A stretch of 64,000 bases of DNA from Octopus sinensis (Eukaryota), in the NCBI RefSeq assembly GCF_006345805.1, contig NC_043000.1:120900001-120964000 (forward strand). The letters run 5' to 3'. A program made the translations under genes and the position numbers. The notes beneath the pieces are model-generated. The model did no database searches. It saw only the letters and a list, made by a program, of their open reading frames with translations, and had not been told where the DNA came from. This document shows positions 56,224 to 64,000 of this stretch, piece by piece (position 1 is the first letter of the stretch; each line of letters opens with the position of its first letter).

Positions 56224-56522
56224 GGAAATCCGTTGGAAAAAACAAAAACAGAACAGAGGCGGAGCATAAACAAATCGAACTAGGCTCCTAAGAGCCCATG
56301 GCGAAACTGTTTATCAGTGTATGTTGAGAACCGGTGGCTGAAGAATTTAACGGGTCAGGCATCGGTCAATCATGTGGGACCGATGCCTGACCCGTTAAAT
56401 TCTTCAGCCACCGGTTCTCAACATACACTGATAAACAGTTTCGCCATGGGCTCTTAGGAGCCTAGTTCGATTTGTTTTTGTTCCACCTCTGTTCTGTTTT
56501 TTGTTTTTTCCAACGGATTTCC

Positions 56523-56616
56523 TATTTTCTTCCTGAAGAGAAAGACACAATATGGTCCCATTATTCAATCGGATTTTGGTAATTTGTGCCTTTCGAAACA
56601 CGTGTAGAATGAAATA
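56523..56616 (+). ncRNA. Type I hammerhead ribozyme with intact core
   Basis: TATTTTCTTC-CTGAAGA-GAAAGACACAA-(33 nt)-TTGTGCCTTTC-GAA-ACACGTGT-A-GAATGAAATA: stem I 9/10 pairs, stem II 10/11 pairs closed by G-C, palindromic helix III, GUA triplet, predicted cut after 56606. Confidence 0.88.
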
Positions 56617-56842
56617 AAACGATTTCTGTTCAATCTGCGTTCAGCTCCATTTCTTCAATTCACCAATAATATTTTAATTTCAATTATCCGCACCAAAAAA
56701 CGGTTGCAACACCATATGGTTGTACCTCCAACCGTGCTGTTTACTGCTGTGATTTTTGCTACTAAGGTATCGGTTAAACTTTTGATTAATCTACTACAAG
56801 ATTATTCATCTTTCTATTTCACATAATATATATATATATATA

Positions 56843-56926
<84 letters not shown>

Positions 56927-57936
56927 TATCATATGTCGTATATCATATAGCATCTCTCCTATGTATTCATGACAATGCATGGTAGATGTTTTCTCATGTC
57001 TCCGACCAACCATCGTCACCCGGACATTGTTAAAGCATTTTGTTTCGGCTCTGCTAATTCGTTTATACATTGTTACAGTGTAAACAGATGCAAACAAGCA
57101 TCAAACCTACAGCAATAGAAAATATCGGCAATAATCGCCATGGGAAGAGACTTATACGAGAAACGACAATTTACGAGAACATGTAACATGAGTGAGAACA
57201 GGCAATGTAAATAATCGTAAAAACTCAAAAGGAAAGCAAAGCATTTAAAAACCCGTGACGCGGCCTTACTGTGGTCCCAACCAAAATACTTTAAAATGAT
57301 TTATGAGTTGGAAATTTATCACAATGTGGATATTAGAAACGGCATAAACATATTGAAAAGAGTGAATTCTCGGGATTTTCAGTGTTTCGAGATTTCAATA
57401 GTTACATTGGATCCTAATATGTAACCTCAGGTCTCTGAAGCGTGTTTGTACAATTCCATTCCATAAAGTATTTGAGATTGTTTCTACCATTATTGATCCT
57501 ATGCATGGATATCAAAGGAGCAATTATATTTAGATCAATGAACGAAGAGAAATAAAGGTATCTTTTAGTTGCATATGATGGGGGGAAAAAAAGTAGAAAA
57601 GTACGAATGCCGTCATAATACATATTTTACAGTTGTTTCTGGTTACAAGCTCAGCAACAGTTTCAGATCAAAGTAATATCTGGAAGATCTACGAACACAA
57701 TACGCATGCCATTATGTAAATCTGATCTGGATAACGAATTCTTCTCTGAATGGCAATTGATTACATATAAACATGAAAGAAAATTGCCAGTACGCTAATA
57801 AAACCCGGACGAAATGGGTAAAATACACCCACGATACATGAAATAAAGGTACAGATACTAATTACAGAGAACTGAGAAATCCTTGTTTCGAATTTCGGGT
57901 CGATTTCCGCTGGGTTACTTTTCAGTTTATCCAATT

Positions 57937-58190
57937 TACTCTTTTACTCTCTTACTTGTTTCAGTAATTTGACTGCGGCCATGCCGGAGCACCACCTTTA
58001 GTCGAGAAAATCGATCCCAGCACTTATTCTTTGTAAGCCTAGTACATATTCTATCGATCTCTTTTGCCGAACCGCTAAGTGACGGGGATGTAAACATAAC
58101 AGAATCGGTTGTCAAGCGATGTTGGTGGGACAAACACAGGCACACAAACATATACACAAACACATACCTACCTACCTTCATACATATATA

Positions 58191-58271
<81 letters not shown>

Positions 58272-58585
58272 AAATATATATATATATATGTATAAATATA
58301 TATTATATATGTATATATATATATACATATATATATACATATATATATATATGCATATATATATATATATATATAATATATATATATATATATTATATAT
58401 ACATGCATATATATATATACGATGGACCCTCTTTCAGTTTCCGTCTATCAAATCCACTCACAAGGCTTTGGTCGGCCCAAGGCTATAGTAGAAGACACTT
58501 GCCCAAGGTGCCACGCAGTGGGACTGAACCTGGAGCCATGTGGTTGATAATCAAGCTACTTACCACACCGCCATTCCTGGGCCTA
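57937..58585 (-). mobile_element. Family B SINE with long internal (TA)n expansion
   Basis: Reverse complement of tail at 57937-58170 and head at 58410-58585. Confidence 0.9.
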
Positions 58586-58669
58586 CTTTACTTAAGTAGT
58601 TAATATTTTCTGCCTTTTATCTTTTACCTCTGTAACTCATTGTACTGAACTCACTGGACTCATACTTAC

Positions 58670-58814
58670 ATACACACACACATACATACATACATACATA
58701 CATACATACATACATACATACATACATACATACATTCATAGATACATACATACATTCATACATGCATACATACATGCATACATACATGCATACATACATA
58801 CATACATACATACA

Positions 58815-58846
<32 letters not shown>

Positions 58847-58852
58847 CATACA

Positions 58853-58880
<28 letters not shown>
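58670..58880. repeat. (CATA)n microsatellite
   Basis: Direct reading. Confidence 0.95.
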
Positions 58881-58884
<4 letters not shown>

Positions 58885-59708
58885 GAGGGGCTATGTGAAT
58901 GGTATTGTGGTTTCGGTGTCAGCAAAAGTTTTAATCATACAAGTTCCCTGGAGACCTGTCAGAATGAGGTGAGTAGGCCGTACAATTCGTTCGGAGGGTG
59001 AATGTAACACAAATAGACCCCTACTTTATATTCTAGAAAACGACCCGTCTTAAAAACTTAAAGTGAAAACGACCCGTCTTAAAAACTTAAAGTGAAGAAA
59101 AGACAACCTGAAATTTGATCTGACTGCAAATGCCGCGAAGTTAATTGGTATGTGGCTATTATGTTCATGCATTGTGTGAGTATCGCGTTATACACACCTG
59201 TGATTGAGGTGAAATGCAAGGGATATAAACACTCTAGATATCAGTCAACCTTTAGATGTTGAACTCATAACTTGTAACTGAGAGCCATTCAAGCGTCCAA
59301 CATCCAAATCAAGGTACAAATAAATCTTCGCCACTTGAAAGAGAATACGACAGCTAGCCATTGAAAGCGTGTGGTTGGGTTTAAAGAATGGTCTCTTTAA
59401 ACAAGGCCAATTGTCATTATTGTGCATAGAATCTGAAAGAGAAGACAGAATGTAGTAGTCGTCGTAGAAGCTGCACACCGTCAGTTGGTTTGAATAACAG
59501 ACAATCGTCACACATAAATACATTCACGCACGCATGTGTAGGTGTGAACATGCGCGCTTACGCGAATACATTGAACTTTTATACCCCCTTAATTTTACTT
59601 CCTCCCCTCATTTAGTGGTCATTCAAATAGCTCTTTTGTCTTAATAACGGTCAATCACACAATAATTTCCCTTTGTATGACGGTCATTTCCATAGCATCT
59701 TTTCCGAT

Positions 59709-59779
59709 GGCTGGATAACTGAAGAGATGGCGGCGTGGATTTCCACCTCGGCACCCGAAACTCGGAGTTTTATCATGCC
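59709..59779 (+). ncRNA. Type I hammerhead ribozyme motif, stem II partly decayed
   Basis: GGC-TG-GATAA-CTGAAGA-G...GTGG(ATTT)CCAC...C-GAA-ACTC-G-GAGT-T-TTATC-AT-GCC; core intact, GUU triplet. Confidence 0.75.
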
Positions 59780-59926
59780 TACCGAATAATTGTCACATAT
59801 TACATTTACAGATCAATTCCTCTATTTACATAATATCGAGGTATCTTTCATTCTTTTGTCCTACCAATATATATATTATATATATATATATATAATATAA
59901 TATATATATATATATATATATATTTA

Positions 59927-60027
59927 TTTACCATATACCTTACAACAAATTTCGTACTTGTCGACCTAATATATATATATATATATATATTACCATATAC
60001 CTTACAACAAATTTCGTACTTGTCGAC

Positions 60028-60070
<43 letters not shown>

Positions 60071-60194
60071 ATATATATATATATATTATATTAGGTCGAC
60101 AAGTACGAAATTTGTTGTAAGGTATATGGTAAATATATATATATATATATATTAGGTCGACAAGTACGAAATTTGTTGTAAGGTATATGGTAAA
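59927..60194. repeat. Four copies of a 44-bp mariner left end in (TA)n, two in each orientation
   Basis: ATTAGGTCGACAAGTACGAAATTTGTTGTAAGGTATATGGTAAA at 60090 and 60151; reverse complement at 59927 and 59990. Confidence 0.9.
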
Positions 60195-60620
60195 CTTTGA
60201 CAGCTATTTATTTTGCGTCATTATTATATCTTGACAATCTTTATTTTTTGTTAGAAAGCTGACACATCTATTTCTTTATTGTAATTCATTTCGCGCTTTA
60301 TAAAGTATTTATAAATCGTTTTTTTTTTCTATTTTTGTTTAGAGATGGATAAGTCGGAAATACGTCCAGTTCTGAAATATGAGTTCTTTCTTGGTAAATA
60401 ATTTAATTCCGACGATGTTGTAAAATAGACCTTCCAAGATTTTATTGACTATAGATTTCCAGACTTTTACTATTCCGGACTGGACAAGCTACCGCTTAAA
60501 TAGCAAAATTATATTAACAATATGGGTGCATACTTTGACGAATACAAATATTCCTTGTATTTATAAATCATTAGCAATCATGTTTTTCTTTTCTTCAAAT
60601 TTCAGTCTTGACGACCTAAT
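60151..60620 (+). mobile_element. Internally deleted mariner element
   Basis: TIRs ATTAGGTCGACAAGTACGAAATTTG / CAAATTTCAGTCTTGACGACCTAAT; N-terminus MDKSEIRPVLKYEFFLG fused to C-terminal FQDFIDYRFPDFYYSGLDKLP...NNMGAYFDE; TA flanks. Confidence 0.85.
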
Positions 60621-60704
60621 ATAATATACATGAGTGTATATACATATAATATATATATATATACATAAGTATTGTATATATTGTATATGTGCACATATGT
60701 ATAT

Positions 60705-60770
<66 letters not shown>

Positions 60771-61176
60771 GCATCTTACGAGAGGTAGTTTGGGTACTTC
60801 AGTTCAGGACACTTATTTATCAAGGGCATAGGCATATATTTTGGGTGCGCCATGTGCGTTACACACCCATCGAATATGAGAAATATATTACAAATATACC
60901 TTACTTAATCACAAATCTTAATGGAAAACCTCTACTATACCCTGGCTTGAAATTTGGCAGCATTGCGCGTGGCAGTACACCCAACAAAATAACCACCATC
61001 CACCAATGACCAGTATATGACACTTACTAAGAGGTTTTATTTTTTGGAAAATAAAATTCTAGCTAAAGAATTGAAAAGCATGCATTCATTGTTGCGATAT
61101 GCGCGAAACCCATTAGTATAGAAATTGCCACGTGATTGCAAAGCGAATTGCTTAACCCCGAGCCATATATGTCGCT

Positions 61177-61320
61177 CCGAGGTCGACTTTGCCTTTCATC
61201 CTTTCGGGGTCGATAAATTAAGTACCAGTAACGCACTGGGGTCGATGTAGTCGACTTAATCCCTTTGTCTGTCCTTGTTTGTCCCCTCTGTGTTTAGCCC
61301 CTTGTGGGTAGTAAAGAAAT
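61177..61320 (+). mobile_element. 5'-truncated family A SINE
   Basis: Near-identical to the 3' part of the 7689 copy. Confidence 0.9.
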
Positions 61321-62252
61321 ATATATGTCCCTCCGATTGAATTTGAATTTTTTTTTATTTGAACTGAATCTATTCACAGATCAAATTTCAGCTAAGTGTC
61401 TGTGTTTAATTTTCTTTTTCTCTTTTACTTCAGTGATACGGTTGATGAATTCTTATATTCTAACTGGAACAGAAAATTCTAAGTTTCTGAGATAGTTGTT
61501 TATTTCCCAGAGGATATTACAAATTGGAAATAAGTAGATCATAGCCAGATCGTACCAGCTCCTCGTCGGCTGCTCTACTTTAGTAAAACAAGGGGATAAA
61601 CTGAAACGAAGCGTAATACAGAAAGTAAAATTGAAATTTGACCAGAAATGAATTTAATTATAAAACAATGAAAAAAAAAAACTTTCAAAATCTATTAAAC
61701 AGTAATATCAATTTCTAAGAGAAATCAATGCTTCTAACATAGATTAAAAGAAAGAGAATGAGGCTATGGAATATCGCTTAAATGAATTCGATGCAGCCGG
61801 GGTACGATTTGGCTGAGATATTAGGTTTACTAGAATTTACTTATTGCTTTTGTTGTATGCCACAATATTTTGAAATATGTGTTTCTTCTAACTAGATACA
61901 TTCTCCTATGATCAGCTGGGTGGCTATTGGTAAAAATCAATGAATGTTTTATTTATTTTTCTTCCCATAGCGAAGGCGACAAATTCTCGTCTGAACAAGT
62001 GGATGGTTGCGAGTATGCACCGTTAAAAAGGGACGCAGAGCCTGAAGTGCATATAGTGCTCTCGTTGGCTTCTGGAGGGACGGAATTTTGTCTCCCTCCT
62101 TCCCTCTTTCTCTCTCCCTCTGATATTTATTCTTTTTTTCACCCAAGATGTTATCTCTAGATGAATACTACAAAAACTGGCCTATCGACATGTATAAATA
62201 TTTAGTGCAAGGCCCGATTAAGACGATAAACGCCGAAAACACTTAAAAGGCT

Positions 62253-62584
62253 TTGGTGCTCCAATATACCTGATTGCAGACACTCAACTTACGCAAGAAA
62301 TGAAGAGGCATGCCGTTATTGTGGTTAGAAAGGTTGAGCATAACGATTTAGGAATATCTTCATTGGTGCTCCAATATACATGATTGCAGACACTCAACTT
62401 ACGCAAGAAATGAAGAGGCATGCCGTTATTGTGGTTAGAAAGGTTGAGCATAACGATTTAGGAATATATTCATTGGTGCTCCAATATACATGATTGCAGA
62501 CACTCAACTTACGCAAGAAATGAAGAGGCATGCCGTTATTGTGGTTAGAAAGGTTGAGCATAACGCTTTAGGAATATCTTCATT
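62253..62584. repeat. 110-bp unit x3 tandem repeat
   Basis: TTGGTGCTCCAATATAC starts at 62253, 62363 and 62473; copies nearly identical. Confidence 0.95.
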
Positions 62585-62759
62585 TTTAAAGTTGCCAGAT
62601 ATAAACAATAATAAGTCTTGAAAGTAAATTTCCCAATCATATAAACCATTTCCAATAATATTTTAGCAAGTTTAAAGAAAATTGTGAACTCCACTGTCTT
62701 TGATGTGTTAACCAAGTGATTATTTTGATTAATAACTAATCTAGCACTGATTAAGCATG

Positions 62760-64000
62760 ATATAAACAGGGTGCGTAAGACATCTGAAGACATATTTATG
62801 TCTATATAAAAACAGATATAATAACAGATTATAATTTTATTTATCAAAAAATGGTATGACGATAAAAATAAACCTTCTTTTCTATATTGTTATTCAATAA
62901 AGCCATCTTCAGTTTCAACAACTGCTTCTATACGAGATCTAAATCATCTACATGCACGAATCAAGTGGCCCTGGTTCATTCTGGACATTACTCTGACTAT
63001 AGCAGCTTTCAATGAATCTTTGGTATTATGGGCGTGTTCATTGACCTCTCTCAGCAACGATCCACATGTAATAGTCCAATGGATTGAGATCTGGGGAATT
63101 AGGAGGCCAAATTTAGTGGTTATGTAATCATCAAAATGTTCAGCGATCCATTTGTGTTATTAGAGCCATGTGTGATAGAGCAGAGTCTTACTGAAACACT
63201 TATGGCAATCCATTGCATACACTGTATATCCAGGTCTTAACAATTGTTTGCAGGACCTCAATGTAGGCGGCAGAGTTGATTCTAAGGCCTTGTAGAAAGA
63301 AGTAAGGAGGCATCACATGTTTCTTCATTGCTGACAACCCATATAACCATGACAGTTTCAGGAAATTTTGTATACTTAACACTTGGATCTTCAGAAAGGT
63401 CTACACATAACATTCTGTTCTGTTAACTTTTTGATCTTGGTCGAAATTTCTCTCGTTTAAGAAAAGCCAAATCATATCTTCTGCTGGATTTTTGAGTTTG
63501 TTTAAGAGCCTTTTATATCTGACTAGCAGTATCGCCCGGCGTTACTCGGGTTTGTTAGGGAAATAACTATATAAGCATTTTTAGAGAGTTATAGTCAAAA
63601 AATAGCAAAACAATGCATTAAAAATGGAAAAGAAATGATGGTAATTTTTTTTTAAATCGTTGACTCATCGTAGACATTTTTAGAGAGTTACTTCCCTTAT
63701 ATAATAGCGAAAAATGCATTAAAATGGAAAAAAATGATGGTAATTTTTTTTAATCGTACACTCATCGTAGACGCGCGCTAATACCCAGAAGGTCTCGATA
63801 TGAATCACGACTATAAGATACCCGGTTTTGGTTAAACTGCACCGCAAAATGTGGGAGTAGTTAGGAATCTAAATCGTAGGAGACAGACACACAACCTCTC
63901 TTTTATATATAAAAATGTAGTGATTTTCCTTTGCTTTTTCTGACAAATTGACCTCACCTCACCATATCAGATTTATAGCTGATGTCTTCGTTGACTGCAT
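62760..64000 (-). mobile_element. Tc1/mariner DD37D (maT-like) relic interrupted by a Helitron; runs off the window
   Basis: VVSNE.HVMPPYFFLQGLRINSAAYIEVL, FQ.DSA.SH, WPPNSPDLNPLDYY; 37 residues between the second and third Asp after correcting two inferred frameshifts; TIR-like CAGGGTGCG near 62766. Confidence 0.8.
63523..63912 (-). mobile_element. Non-autonomous Helitron nested in the DD37D transposase
   Basis: Same CTAG terminus, hairpin and body as 32454-33083 but lacking ~240 bp; transposase homology resumes on both sides. Confidence 0.8.

Noticed and set aside
59038-59097. 29-bp perfect tandem duplication
   Set aside because: Ordinary slippage duplication with no associated structure.
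59245-59440. Minus-strand exon after a strong acceptor (TCTTCTCTTTCAG)
   Set aside because: Donor is weak, peptide unrecognisable and no partner exons; chance cannot be excluded.
61978-62160. Plus-strand exon EGDKFSSEQVDG...
   Set aside because: Acceptor only, no convincing donor, and the frame runs into a CT-rich tract.
62253-62584. CRISPR-like array
   Set aside because: Units are contiguous and identical with no unique spacers; eukaryotic context; no cas genes.

Overview
AT-rich, microsatellite-saturated eukaryotic DNA. The SINE families and repeat style look like an octopus genome (inferred from recall, not searched). I found no host protein-coding gene I can identify; most ORFs in the supplied track are translated (TA)n/(CA)n/(CATA)n/(TATC)n tracts. 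The window is a transposable-element landscape: one near-intact full-length CR1-type LINE (47.6-51.7 kb) whose ORF1 carries two CCCH-type zinc fingers, a 5'-truncated Penelope-like element (PLE) with tandem and inverted terminal repeats (10.7-14.6 kb), other PLE, CR1 and RTE relics, several mariner relics (DD34D-type and DD37D-type), two non-autonomous Helitrons, a 159-bp solo LTR with a 5-bp TSD, and many tRNA-derived SINEs of three families. The main signal the ORF track does not show is a set of about a dozen type I hammerhead-ribozyme (HHR) motifs from several unrelated sequence families. Most lie in short non-coding modules next to (TA)n tracts and have a tiny or palindromic helix III. 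The best case is a 589-bp near-perfect palindrome (56079-56667) carrying two catalytically intact-looking hammerheads head-to-head. All folds and alignments were done by eye; element boundaries are approximate unless a TSD or terminal motif is cited.
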